From the NCBI GenBank assembly GCA_947458455.1, contig CANGYJ010000010.1:53832-117831 (forward strand): 64,000 nt of DNA, written 5' to 3'. Below, piece by piece: positions 35,132-45,911 of this stretch. The notes below the pieces were generated by a model, which made no database searches, had not been told where the DNA came from, and saw only the letters and a list, made by a program, of their open reading frames with translations. A program made the position numbers and the translations under genes. Origin of the DNA: Verrucomicrobiaceae bacterium (lineage in GTDB: Bacteria; Verrucomicrobiota; Verrucomicrobiia; Verrucomicrobiales; Verrucomicrobiaceae). Each line of letters begins with the position of its first letter. Position 1 is the stretch's first letter.

Positions 35132-38050
35132 ATGCCGCCGAAGCTCCATCTCCGCGCCAACTGGCACACGCTCGCGATGATCGCGATGCTGGCGGCGATG
35201 TGGTATGCGGCGGAGGCGCAGTCGAATGGGGCGGCGTATCTGCTGGCCTTGCTGGCGGGGCTTTTGACGCTGGTCTCGATGCTGCATGCGAGGGCGAATC
35301 TGCGTGGGCTGCGGCTGCGGGTGAGATCGGTGGGCACGGCAAAGGAGGGCGGGAGTGCTCGGGTGAGGCTGGAGGTGCGCCATGAGGGGCCGAAGGAAGC
35401 GTGCGGGGTGGAAATCCAGGTGGTGGATGGCGGGAGCAGTGTGTTTGTGGACCGACTGGAGGCGGGGCAATCCCGCGTGGTGGAGTTGCAGGCACCGTCG
35501 CTAGGCACGCTGCGATTTTTGGCGCGGAGTGTGTATCCGCTGGGCCTCTACAAGGTGGAGATGGTGGTGGAGACGAGAACCCCACGCCGGGTGCATGCGA
35601 GGGCGGCGGGCAGCCTGCCCTTGCCCGCTGCGCAGCCACTGGGGGCGGAGACGCGGCAGCAGGCGGCCTCCCGCATTGGCACGGTGGGCGCGGGACGCGG
35701 TGGGGATGATTTCGCGGGGACTCGGGAGTTTCAGCCGGGGGACTCTCCCCGGCATATCGACTGGCGGGCGGTGGCACGGGGCAGGCCTCTGGTGGTGAAG
35801 ACCTGGGCGAATGAAGCGAGTGAAGCGGTCGTGCTGGATTGGACGGCACTAGAGCTGCCGAGCGAGGCGAAAGCGGGTCAATTGGCCCGCTGGATGGAAA
35901 TCTGCGAGCGGGAGGAGCGGCTGTATGAGCTGCGTTTGCCCTTGAAGACGATCCCGGCAGGTCGCGGGGAGACTCATCACCGGCAGTGCCTGGATGCGTT
36001 GGCGGATTGGACCTCATCGCTGGACGCGGAGGCGGCAGGCAAAGGCCGAGCGGCGCTGCGGCAAGGCAGCGGAAAGGTGAGATCGAGTTTCGAGAGTTCC
36101 TCGCACCTTCCGAGAGGTCCGCTGGTGGCGCTGAGTGTGGCGCTGGTGGCGAGTTTTTTGCCATTGATCGAGGTGATCACTGTCCCGTGCCTCGTGCTGG
36201 CGTTGCTGTGTTTTGCCTGGCGGCTGGTGCTGAGGCGGGAGGCTCCGCCACTGGTGGTGCGGCTGCTGATGCTGGCGGCGGGGGTGGCGGCGGCCTGGAT
36301 CGGCTATGGCGGCCAGGCGAGCATGGAGGCGGGGATCGCCCTGCTGGCGGCCCTGGCGGGAGTCAAACTGCTGGAAAGCCGTGCTCCTCGTGAATTTCAG
36401 GTGCTGGCGCTGATCGGGTGGTTTCTGTGCCTGTGCGGCATTGTGATGGATAATTCCCTGCCACGGATGCTGTGGTGCCTGGGGGTATTTTTGCTGATTG
36501 CAGGATGCATGACACGCTTCCGCCTGAGCGTGCCGGGTGTCTGGCGTCCGGCCAAAACCACAGGCCTGATGTTTGCCCAGGCGCTGCCGCTGCTGGTGGT
36601 ACTATTCCTTGTGATGCCACGCGGGCTGCTGAATTTGCAGGCGACGTTTGGAGGTCGCTTCATGGAGAGCGGGATCGCCTCGGAACTGGCCCCCGGTAGC
36701 ATCACGAAGGTGGCGCTGCGGATGGAGCGTGCCTTCCGAGCGGAGTTTCCCGAGGGTGGCGTGCCGCCGAACGACCTGCGCTACTGGCGCTGCCTGACTT
36801 TGGCGGAATGTGATGGCCTGAGCTGGCGGCGCGGGGAGCGATTCGGCCTGAAGCAGAATCCAGTAAGGCCTGCCGCGGGCGAGGCGGTGCGGCAGGAGCT
36901 TCAAATCGAGCCCCATGGTCAGCGATGGCTGCCGGCGCTGGATGTGCCGCTTCTGGTGCTGAGCGGCGGGGCGGCACTGACGCCGGAGTTTGATGACACG
37001 CTCGTTTCTCCCTTCCCGATTCGAGGTGTGGCGAAGGTGGCGATGTTTTCGAGGCTCCAGCAGCGGCCTGCGGAGCCGCTGCCACCGCATCACCGCAGCA
37101 TTTACCTCGATCACCCGGAGAATCTGCCGTCGGAGGTTTTCAATCTGGCCGCCAGCTGGGAGGCCGCGGCGGAGCATGACCTGCAAATCGTGCAGCTCGG
37201 CATCCGGCACCTGCAAACGCATGGTTTTCAATACACGCTGACACCGGACGAGTATGGCTCCGGACCTGCAGGACTGAAGGATTTCCTGTTCCGAGGCAAA
37301 AACGGCTTTTGCGAGCATTTCGCGGCCAGTTTTGCCACGCTGATGCGCCTCGCGGGTGTGCCCTCGCGAGTGGTGATCGGCTTTCTCGGGGGTGAGTATA
37401 GCAACCGCACCGGGCAGATGATCGTCCGCCAGAGTGATGCGCATGCCTGGGTGGAGGTGTGGCTCCATGGCACGGGCTGGACTCGCGTGGACCCCACGGC
37501 GGCGCTGGCACCCGGCCGAGTGGGGACGGATATGCGGCAGTATCTTTCCAGTAGCGGGGCGGCGCTGGATCGCGAGCGGCTGGGCTGGTGGGGGCTGGTG
37601 ACGTATGAAACGCGGCTTTTTTGGGACCAGGTGAATTACGCCTGGCAGGACGCGGTGGTAGAATACAACGAGGAATTCCAACGCTCCTGGCTTGCCAGCC
37701 TGGGCTTGGAATCGGGCACCTGGTGGCATCTTTTGCTCCTCAGCCTAGGCGTTCTCATTTGGGGGCTCGTAGTGATCACTCTCTTTTTGAGGCGTCACGG
37801 CAGGGAGCGTGATCCATGGCGGTATGCCTGGACGCAGCTCTGCCAAAAACTCGCCCGTGCAGGTCACCCGCCCTGCCGCCCTGCGGAAGGGCCGCTGGGC
37901 TATGTGAGCCGTATTTCGCCAGAAAGCGGTCCGCTCATGGAGATGGCTCAAATGTACGCCAAGGGCCGTTACGGAGCTGCGAATAGCTCGGGTGACTCGC
38001 TGAATGCTTTTCGCTCAATGGCCAAAAAGTGGCGGCGAGATTCCCATTGA
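35132..38050 (+). CDS. DUF58-like domain fused to polytopic transglutaminase (TgpA-like)
   Basis: The N-terminal part has GDDFAGTREFQPGDSPRHIDWRA (DUF58-like). It is followed by about 6 TM helices and a transglutaminase core (GFCEHFAASFATLMRLAGVPSRVV...DAHAWVEVW). Confidence 0.85.
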   Translation: MPPKLHLRANWHTLAMIAMLAAMWYAAEAQSNGAAYLLALLAGLLTLVSMLHARANLRGLRLRVRSVGTAKEGGSARVRLEVRHEGPKEACGVEIQVVDGGSSVFVDRLEAGQSRVVELQAPSLGTLRFLARSVYPLGLYKVEMVVETRTPRRVHARAAGSLPLPAAQPLGAETRQQAASRIGTVGAGRGGDDFAGTREFQPGDSPRHIDWRAVARGRPLVVKTWANEASEAVVLDWTALELPSEAKAGQLARWMEICEREERLYELRLPLKTIPAGRGETHHRQCLDALADWTSSLDAEAAGKGRAALRQGSGKVRSSFESSSHLPRGPLVALSVALVASFLPLIEVITVPCLVLALLCFAWRLVLRREAPPLVVRLLMLAAGVAAAWIGYGGQASMEAGIALLAALAGVKLLESRAPREFQVLALIGWFLCLCGIVMDNSLPRMLWCLGVFLLIAGCMTRFRLSVPGVWRPAKTTGLMFAQALPLLVVLFLVMPRGLLNLQATFGGRFMESGIASELAPGSITKVALRMERAFRAEFPEGGVPPNDLRYWRCLTLAECDGLSWRRGERFGLKQNPVRPAAGEAVRQELQIEPHGQRWLPALDVPLLVLSGGAALTPEFDDTLVSPFPIRGVAKVAMFSRLQQRPAEPLPPHHRSIYLDHPENLPSEVFNLAASWEAAAEHDLQIVQLGIRHLQTHGFQYTLTPDEYGSGPAGLKDFLFRGKNGFCEHFAASFATLMRLAGVPSRVVIGFLGGEYSNRTGQMIVRQSDAHAWVEVWLHGTGWTRVDPTAALAPGRVGTDMRQYLSSSGAALDRERLGWWGLVTYETRLFWDQVNYAWQDAVVEYNEEFQRSWLASLGLESGTWWHLLLLSLGVLIWGLVVITLFLRRHGRERDPWRYAWTQLCQKLARAGHPPCRPAEGPLGYVSRISPESGPLMEMAQMYAKGRYGAANSSGDSLNAFRSMAKKWRRDSH

Positions 38051-38157
38051 CGCTGAACAACCTTTTCTGGTAAGTTTAGGGTGATTTTTTTCGCCAAGCC
38101 ACCAACCCCATGCCTGGCTGAAACGAAGAGCTTTCCAGGTTTCTTACTCTCACCACC

Positions 38158-41100
38158 ATGAAAAATCGTTTCGCCTCGCGTCACGTCTCCGGTTTCCTTG
38201 CTGCGGCCATCCTCGGCATGACCTCCCTACATGCCTCGACGGATAATTATTCCGCAGGCCCTGGCCAGACGCCCGGTGATGGCATGTGTGACATCTGGCA
38301 GGCCATTTATAATGCTTGGGGACTCTCGCCGACCGCTGACACGGACAGCGATGGCTGCAACAACCTCGTCGAATCCATTGCCGGCACCGATCCTCGCAAG
38401 CCGGGTGACTGCCTGAAAGTGGGCAACACCATCGTTTCTGCCTCCACGGTGACCTTCTACTTCGATTCCGAGGGTTGGAAAAAGTATCGCGTGAAGAGTG
38501 ACACCTCTCTCAATGGCTCCTTCAGCACACTGGTCACGCTCACGGGCATCAATGGCATCGCTCCCTCACCCGGCACCACGGAATATGTGCCTCCCGCTGA
38601 CAGCCTGCCCGGCACACCGCATTATATGACGGTGACTCGCAGCCCTGGAAGCATGCGTTTTTACAAGCTCGAAGTCTCCGATGTGGATGGTGATACCGAT
38701 GGCGTCTCAAGCTGGGCAGAAAACCGCACCGGACTGGACCCCGTGCTGGCGGACAGCGATGGCGATGGCACGAATGACGGCGTCGAGCTGAACGCCGAAG
38801 TGGCCGTGCCGGATGTGGTGAGCATCGTGAGCACCGCCACGCAGGCTTCAGAAGACGGCCCGCTGCCGGGCAGCTTCACCGTAAGCCGGACCCGCACACT
38901 GATCCCCTCCAGCGTGAACTTCACCCTCTCCGGCACGGCCTCGAATCCGGGAGATTTTGCCGCCTCCCCCTCCACCGGAGTGACCTTTGCCCCTGGGCAA
39001 AACAGCCGCCAGATCATGGTGAACCCCTCCCCAGATAGCAGCGTCGAGGGCAGTGAGTCCGTCACCGCCACCCTGGCCACCAGCAGCACGGGTGGTTACA
39101 GCCTCGATCCAGCAAAAACCTCCGCCACCGTCATCATCGCCAATTCCACCACGGCCACCGGCACAGGCCTGACGGCGCGGTATTATGACCACAGCAACGC
39201 GACCTATGCCCACGCGGCGAATTTCGGCGACGCAGCGAATTACCAAAACACACGGGCCGGCACGACACCAAACTTCACGGGCACGGCGGTTATCACGCCG
39301 ACGGGCGTGTCCCCCGCCCGACTGACGACGCTGCTGGCAGCGCTGACGCCGAACACCACGCAGGTGCGGCTCTCCTTCAATGGCGGAAATCTCAACACGA
39401 CGGTGTACAACAACCAGAACTTCCTCGTCACGGCAAAAAATTCGGCCACCTTCACCATCGCTTTGCCGCCGGGCGCGGGACTGCCGGCGAGCAGCTTCAG
39501 CACCTGCTTTTTCAGCATCCAGCCGATCCATCCGAGTCTGATCGAACGAGTGGAACCGGTGGTGAACAATGACTGGATCTACGGCACGCCGAACTCCACG
39601 ACGATTTCCCACATGAACTCGCCGGATAACTACTCCGAAACGTTCGAGACCTTTCTGCATCCAACGACAGCGGGGAATTATCGCTTCCAGCTCGATGCGG
39701 ATGACAAGGCTCGCGTGCTCATCGACCTCAATTTGAACGGCACCTTTGAGCTGCCTGGGGAGCAGGTGGTGGAGCACGGTTGGGATACAGCGGCCACGGG
39801 TTCGCCAGAGGATGGCACGGCAGATGATGAGGTCGTGGGCACCTTCAAAACCACTCCCGCAGGCACACCTTATGTGCTGGCGATACCTAGCAGGCCGGAG
39901 GAGCGCTATAGGATGCGTGTGGAGCATGTGGATGCGACGGGTGATGCCCGCTGCCGCCTCCAGTGGAATATTGATGGTGGAACCTTCGCCAACATCCCGC
40001 AGGCGAACCAGTTCACGCATACTCAGGCGATGAGCTGGAGCTACACCGCTGGAAACTTGGTGGTCACTCCAACAGGAGGGCATACCCGTCTGGTGGATGA
40101 AAATGTGAACCTCTCCTACTCTTCAGGGCCTCTTTTCCGCCCTGGTGCCACCTCAACCCATAATGGCACGCTGCGGATCACCGCGGTGAATGCCACGACC
40201 TTCACCGTGGCCATCCCACCGACGACGGTGACGCTGACTGGCGCGACGACGACCGCCGGTAGCGCCACGGTGGGCGTCTCCTCGGTCGCCGGATTGTATG
40301 TAGGGATGTCTGTCACGGGCACCGGGATTCCCGCCAATGCGCTTATCAACGCCATCGGCACGAACACGGTCACCCTAAGCGCAAATGCCACCTCCGCCGG
40401 CACCGCCAACCTGACCTGCCGCCTCGGTGGCATCCCTGTCTCCATCCCTGGAGCATCCACCACGGCGGGCAGTCAGACGGTGCTGGTGCCCTCTATCGTC
40501 GGTCTAGCAACGGGCATGTCGATCACGGGTCCGGGTTTGCCGACGAATGCCACCATTTCCGCCATCGGGCCCGGCATGATCCTGCTGAGTACGGCCACAG
40601 GCGTCACCACGCAGGCCAGCACCACGCTGACGGCCTTCCTGCACCCGACAAACAATGTAACGGGAAATGGTTTCGTGTTGAACAACACCGCCAGCACTAC
40701 AACCGGAGTATACAACCTCATTTATCCCAACACGACCTTCACCGGTTCTCCGGGACGCGTCGGCACCTTTGGTCACGTGACAGAGCAGAACAACGGCGTG
40801 TGGGGCCGCGGCACGCCGGATGAGGCGCTGATCAACCCGGATACCTTCTCTGTTCGCTGGAGCGGGCAGGTGCAGCCGCAGTTCACTGAGGAGTACACCT
40901 TCATCGTGCAGGCGGATGATGGCTGCACCTTGAAGCTCAACGGTCAGGTGCAGGAAATGAAAACACTGCCCGGCACGAGCAACGACGGCAGCACCTACCA
41001 CTACGACAGCACCACCGGCACCATTTTGGTAAACTATGTGAACGCCCGCATCAAGCCCGGCAGCTTTGTGGCTGGCGAGACGATCCGAATCGACCCCTCC

Positions 41101-44100
41101 AGTGGCAATCTCAACTTTGGCAGCGGCTGCACCTACACCTACGATGCGGCCACTGGCGTGGCGATAGTGACCTACACCAATCAGCCTACCGTCACGGCCA
41201 GCGGCTATGCAGCGGGACAAATCGTCGAGCTCGATCCCACCAGCGGCACGGCCAATACGCTGGCAAACCTGCGCTACACCATCCTCGCCAGCCCCGCGCC
41301 GACGGCGAACACCTTCGCGGTGGACTTTGGCATCAATGCCTTCGCCTCAGAGACCGCCGGGACGGCCACCATCAGTGTGACGGATAACCGTGACATCGTT
41401 GTCGCCTCCGTCTTCCCAGCAGGAAACGCTACCTACACTTATAACAGCACCGATGGGGTGACGGTGGTGGATTATGCGGCTGCGGGCCTTCCTGCGAACA
41501 CGCTCACCACCGGCATGCAGGTGGTGCTTGATCCGACCGGAGGCAATTTGACGAATGAAATCTACACCTACAAATCTATCATAGCCTATACGGCCACCAC
41601 CTTCACCGTGAGTTATGCCACGGGACTCGGCAATTCCACGAGCACCATGCTCTTCATGGCACCTTTTGTAACGAGCATCCCCGCCTCCCAAACGACCGCC
41701 ATGGCGCTGACGCACTACGCTGGCCGCCATGCCGCGAATAGTGTCGGCAACATCAACCTCGAAATCGTCAACAAACCGCTCAAAGAGTGGTCCTCCATGG
41801 GCAACGAGCGCTATGTGCGCCTCCCGGTCGTCGGCGGCACCCGCTACGACATCCAGCTCGACTATTATGAAAACACAGGCACTGCACGCGCCCAACTCTA
41901 CTGGATGAGTGCCAGCCAGCCGAAGCAGATCATTCCTACCGAGCGCCTCTACCCCAACAGCGTGCCACAGGCACCTCCGGTACACATCGCCGATATGACG
42001 GCGACAGCCCTCGTCGGCGGTCCGTTTAGCTACGCGGTACTCGGCAGCAATGGTGGCGCTGTCAGCGTCAGCGGCCTGCCTGCGGGTCTCAGCTATCTTA
42101 ACGGTTTCATTACCGGCACGGCAACAGCTGCGGGAGACTACCAAATCCTCATCAGCATCACCAATGCCGCTGGCACCAGCACCTCCGTGCTGAATCTGCA
42201 TGTCGAAGCCGCTGGCGGAAATGTGCTGCGTGAAGTGTGGACCGGCATCGCTGGCACCAGCATCTCCAGCATTCCGCTGAGCACGGCTCCCAGCAGCAGC
42301 AGCAATCTGAGCAGCCTCCAGGCCCCAGTGGACGCTTCGGATGATTTTGGTGCCCGCGTGCGTGGCTACATCACCGCGCCGACGACGGGCAATTACTACT
42401 TCTGGCTCAATGCGAGCGATTCGGCTGAATTCTGGCTCTCCAACGACGACGAGACGATCAACAGCTTCAAGCGTGCGACCGTCACCAGCGGCGTTTCGGC
42501 CAAATCCCCTTGGATGGCCCTTGAGCAGGGCAAACGCTACTATTTCGAGATCCTGCACAAGGCCGGAGTCGGCAGCGACAACCTCTCTCTCGGCTGGTCG
42601 AAGCCCGGTGAATCCACCGCCGCCGCCAGCGAAGTCGTTCCAGGTTATGTGATCACGAGTTATGCGCCACCAGCCCCTGGCAGCACTCCTGGCACGCTCT
42701 ACATTGCCACCATGCTCTCCCAGGGCGGTGCCATCACCAACGGTGTCGGCACAGCCACCATGCGCCTTTCGGAGGATGAAACCGTCGCTTATGTCACCTT
42801 TAACCACAACGGCCTCACCGGTCCGCTCACCGATTGGCACGTCCACAATGACCCCTTCCTCAACGCTCCCTCCGGCATCATTTTCGATGGCGTGGAGCCC
42901 GTCACCCCTGGGGACGGCTTAGTGACCAGTGGCCCGAATGCCGGTTCACATAAATGGACGATCCTTGGTGTCGGCGCTCTGACTGCTGCTGACATCCGCG
43001 AACTCATCAAACAGGGCAAATCCTACATCAACCTGCACACCACGGCCTACCCCAACGGCGAAATTCGCGGCAACTACACCCTCGCCAACGGTTCCCGCAC
43101 CTTCTCGCCTCCTCCTGCTCCGCCGACCTGGGCTGATGATAGCAACACGGATGCGGGCGCGGCACGCTTCCTCACCCAGGCCAGCTTTGGCCCCAACATC
43201 GCCGACATCGCCGCGCTGAAGGCTCTCACGCCCTCCAGCAGCTCCGGCCAGTATCCCGCCAGCCGTTACGAAGCTTGGATCGACGCCCAATTCACCCAGA
43301 TCGCCTCGCAGACCCTGCCCGAGGTCCTCCGCACCCGCCGTGCGGATGCTCAGGGTGGTTCGCAGCTCGATGAATACCTCTTCTTCAATGCCTGGTGGAG
43401 AAACTCCATCTCCAACACCGACCAGCTCCGCCAGCGCATCGCCTTTGCCCTGAGCGAAATCCATGTCATTTCCGGCCAGGGGCCTCTCGACAATCGCGGT
43501 GAGGCCATCGCCTTCTTCTACGATAAGCTCAATGAGGCCTCCTTTGGCAACTTCCGCGACATCCTCGAGACCACCACGCTCACGCCAGCGATGGGCCGCT
43601 ACCTCGACATGAAGAACAATGACAAGCCGGACATCACCGTCGGCCGCATCCCCAACGAAAACTACGCTCGTGAGATCAAGCAGCTCTTCTCCGTCGGCCT
43701 CTACCGCATGTGGCCGGACGGCACTCTGATGCTCACCTCCAAAGACACGCCCATCGACACCTACACCCAGCGTGAAATCGTCGGCTTTGCCCATGTCTTC
43801 ACCGGTTGGACGGACGGCTACACCGGTGCCTACCGCACTGGTTTGAATGCCCCTGCCAACTGGATGGGCCTCATGCGTGAGGTGCCTGCCCGCCACTACA
43901 CTGGGGCCAAGCGTGTGCTGAACAACGAAGTCTTCCCCGGCCTGCCCACCCTCGGCGGCCAGTTGCTCGATCCACTCGCCACGCACAACACCACCCACTT
44001 CAACCAGCCCGCCTACGAGCAACTCGCCGGTCAAGAACTCGAACTCTCCCACCAGCAGCTTTTTGACCACCCGAATACCGGCCCCTTCATCTGCCGCCAG

Positions 44101-45903
44101 CTCATCCAGCGCCTCGTCACCAGCCATCCTTCGCGTGATTACCTCTACCGCGTGGTGCAGAAGTTCAACAACCGTGGCGATGGCGTTCGTGGAGACATGC
44201 AGGCCGTCATCAAGGCCGTCCTCCTCGACTACGAGGCTCGCCATGCAGGCGAAATCACCAAACCCGCCTTTGGCAAGCAGCGTGAGCCTTTGATGCGTGT
44301 CGCCGCCGCAGGCCGCGCCTTCCGCCCTGGCACTTTCGCAGGCACCTACAGTCAGACCGGCACCCGCACCATCACCATCGACCTCACGCCCGCTGGTACA
44401 GCTCATAAGCTCGCCAATGGAAACAACGTCCTCTTGGAATTCACGCCCACCACCGGCGTCGCCCCATGGACCGGCACCTACGGCATCACCAGCGTGGACA
44501 CGGATACCTTCACCATCCAGGCCACGAACCACGCCACCGGCACCTACAGCATCCCGGCGAACTCCACCGTATGCACGGTCTCCATGGGCAATCACTGGCT
44601 CCAGAGCGGCAATCAGGTGTTCATGGACTTCACCAGTGGCCCAGCAAGTGGCACGGCCATCGACGATCTTGTCTATACCATCACCCACTCGGAAACAGCC
44701 AACAATGGAGACAATGGTAACACCTTCACCATACCTGTCGTCGGCACCTCGGCCACGGCCCGCACCGGAAATTGCATGATCCCACGCTTCAGGCCTGGCA
44801 GCATGACCATCGCCGCCTCTGGCCTCGCCGCGCCGAATGACCGCCGTGTCACCATGCGAACGGAAGAGGATCACCACCTCGCGGTCGACAATAAGGTGCA
44901 GCTTAATATCTATGGCATTCAGACTTTGCCTCAGCCCGCTGACCTCATCGTCACCGTGGATACCGTGGTCGATTTGAAGACCTACACTTTCCTCATTTCC
45001 AGCGCCATCAGTGGCTGGAACACCAGCCAAGGCAACAACAGCGTCTATCAGTTCCCACTGCTCTCTCAGCCCCTCACTCGCAGCGGCACCATCCAGTCTC
45101 GTTCCAGCACCTACCAACTCGGCAATACCGATGGCACACTCGAGCAGTCCCCCGTCAATCCAGACACCGTGTTCAACTACTTCTTGCCAGACTACAAATT
45201 CCCCGGCTCTCTCGCCTCCCAGGGCATCACCACCCCCGAGTTCCAGCTCACAGCGGAAACCACCACCGTCCGCCAGGCCAACTTCCTCTACGACGGCATC
45301 TTTAATCCCGGCACCACCAATGGCTGGAGCAGCTTTTCTTCCGGCAATAACGCGGTCAGCATGGACTACTCAAACTGGATCACAGGGAATGCCACCGCCA
45401 GCCTCGGCCTCGGTGCCGCCACGATCAATACCGTGCCTTGGACGCACAATCAGAACCTCACCACGCTCATCAATCACATGAGTGTGCTCCTTACCTCCGA
45501 TCAGCTCTCCACCAGCACCAAGAGCCGCATTCGGAACTTCGTCAGCCAGCCCATCGCCTCCATCACCACTGGCAATCCTTGCACGGTCAATACCAATGGC
45601 CCGCACGGCTATACCACTGGACAAAGCGTCTGCATTAGCGGCGTCGCTGGGGGCACCTTCTCTGCTTCGGTCAATAGCAACTCCACCGCCCGCGTTATCA
45701 CCGTGGTAGACGCAGACACCTTCACGATGACCGGCGTAAACTGCACCGTTGCCCCAAGTGCCGCGAATCTCACCAACGCCCATGCCTCTCAGGTCATCTA
45801 TGACCAAGGTAATGCCAATCCTAGCGCCTCCGAGCGCCGAGATCGCTTCCGTGCCATCCTGCACCTCATCCTCACCAGCCCAGACTTCACCATCCAGCGC
45901 TAA
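38158..45903 (+). CDS. giant secreted multidomain protein: TSP3-like Ca-binding repeats, Calx-beta, PA14-like domains, Ig-like, CHRD, DUF1800
   Basis: Uninterrupted 2581-aa ORF with a signal peptide. It contains DxDxDG repeats, a Calx-beta-like segment (EDGPLPGSFTVSRTR), PA14-like segments (GLTARYYD..., FSVRWSGQVQPQFTEEYTFIV..., VRGYITAPTTGNYYFWLNASD...) and CHRD-like sequence (HVHN...INLHTTAYPNGEIRGN). DUF1800-like blocks are AARFLTQASFGP, RIAFALSEIHVIS and PAMGRYLD. Confidence 0.9.
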   Translation: MKNRFASRHVSGFLAAAILGMTSLHASTDNYSAGPGQTPGDGMCDIWQAIYNAWGLSPTADTDSDGCNNLVESIAGTDPRKPGDCLKVGNTIVSASTVTFYFDSEGWKKYRVKSDTSLNGSFSTLVTLTGINGIAPSPGTTEYVPPADSLPGTPHYMTVTRSPGSMRFYKLEVSDVDGDTDGVSSWAENRTGLDPVLADSDGDGTNDGVELNAEVAVPDVVSIVSTATQASEDGPLPGSFTVSRTRTLIPSSVNFTLSGTASNPGDFAASPSTGVTFAPGQNSRQIMVNPSPDSSVEGSESVTATLATSSTGGYSLDPAKTSATVIIANSTTATGTGLTARYYDHSNATYAHAANFGDAANYQNTRAGTTPNFTGTAVITPTGVSPARLTTLLAALTPNTTQVRLSFNGGNLNTTVYNNQNFLVTAKNSATFTIALPPGAGLPASSFSTCFFSIQPIHPSLIERVEPVVNNDWIYGTPNSTTISHMNSPDNYSETFETFLHPTTAGNYRFQLDADDKARVLIDLNLNGTFELPGEQVVEHGWDTAATGSPEDGTADDEVVGTFKTTPAGTPYVLAIPSRPEERYRMRVEHVDATGDARCRLQWNIDGGTFANIPQANQFTHTQAMSWSYTAGNLVVTPTGGHTRLVDENVNLSYSSGPLFRPGATSTHNGTLRITAVNATTFTVAIPPTTVTLTGATTTAGSATVGVSSVAGLYVGMSVTGTGIPANALINAIGTNTVTLSANATSAGTANLTCRLGGIPVSIPGASTTAGSQTVLVPSIVGLATGMSITGPGLPTNATISAIGPGMILLSTATGVTTQASTTLTAFLHPTNNVTGNGFVLNNTASTTTGVYNLIYPNTTFTGSPGRVGTFGHVTEQNNGVWGRGTPDEALINPDTFSVRWSGQVQPQFTEEYTFIVQADDGCTLKLNGQVQEMKTLPGTSNDGSTYHYDSTTGTILVNYVNARIKPGSFVAGETIRIDPSSGNLNFGSGCTYTYDAATGVAIVTYTNQPTVTASGYAAGQIVELDPTSGTANTLANLRYTILASPAPTANTFAVDFGINAFASETAGTATISVTDNRDIVVASVFPAGNATYTYNSTDGVTVVDYAAAGLPANTLTTGMQVVLDPTGGNLTNEIYTYKSIIAYTATTFTVSYATGLGNSTSTMLFMAPFVTSIPASQTTAMALTHYAGRHAANSVGNINLEIVNKPLKEWSSMGNERYVRLPVVGGTRYDIQLDYYENTGTARAQLYWMSASQPKQIIPTERLYPNSVPQAPPVHIADMTATALVGGPFSYAVLGSNGGAVSVSGLPAGLSYLNGFITGTATAAGDYQILISITNAAGTSTSVLNLHVEAAGGNVLREVWTGIAGTSISSIPLSTAPSSSSNLSSLQAPVDASDDFGARVRGYITAPTTGNYYFWLNASDSAEFWLSNDDETINSFKRATVTSGVSAKSPWMALEQGKRYYFEILHKAGVGSDNLSLGWSKPGESTAAASEVVPGYVITSYAPPAPGSTPGTLYIATMLSQGGAITNGVGTATMRLSEDETVAYVTFNHNGLTGPLTDWHVHNDPFLNAPSGIIFDGVEPVTPGDGLVTSGPNAGSHKWTILGVGALTAADIRELIKQGKSYINLHTTAYPNGEIRGNYTLANGSRTFSPPPAPPTWADDSNTDAGAARFLTQASFGPNIADIAALKALTPSSSSGQYPASRYEAWIDAQFTQIASQTLPEVLRTRRADAQGGSQLDEYLFFNAWWRNSISNTDQLRQRIAFALSEIHVISGQGPLDNRGEAIAFFYDKLNEASFGNFRDILETTTLTPAMGRYLDMKNNDKPDITVGRIPNENYAREIKQLFSVGLYRMWPDGTLMLTSKDTPIDTYTQREIVGFAHVFTGWTDGYTGAYRTGLNAPANWMGLMREVPARHYTGAKRVLNNEVFPGLPTLGGQLLDPLATHNTTHFNQPAYEQLAGQELELSHQQLFDHPNTGPFICRQLIQRLVTSHPSRDYLYRVVQKFNNRGDGVRGDMQAVIKAVLLDYEARHAGEITKPAFGKQREPLMRVAAAGRAFRPGTFAGTYSQTGTRTITIDLTPAGTAHKLANGNNVLLEFTPTTGVAPWTGTYGITSVDTDTFTIQATNHATGTYSIPANSTVCTVSMGNHWLQSGNQVFMDFTSGPASGTAIDDLVYTITHSETANNGDNGNTFTIPVVGTSATARTGNCMIPRFRPGSMTIAASGLAAPNDRRVTMRTEEDHHLAVDNKVQLNIYGIQTLPQPADLIVTVDTVVDLKTYTFLISSAISGWNTSQGNNSVYQFPLLSQPLTRSGTIQSRSSTYQLGNTDGTLEQSPVNPDTVFNYFLPDYKFPGSLASQGITTPEFQLTAETTTVRQANFLYDGIFNPGTTNGWSSFSSGNNAVSMDYSNWITGNATASLGLGAATINTVPWTHNQNLTTLINHMSVLLTSDQLSTSTKSRIRNFVSQPIASITTGNPCTVNTNGPHGYTTGQSVCISGVAGGTFSASVNSNSTARVITVVDADTFTMTGVNCTVAPSAANLTNAHASQVIYDQGNANPSASERRDRFRAILHLILTSPDFTIQR

Positions 45904-45911
45904 TTCATCCC

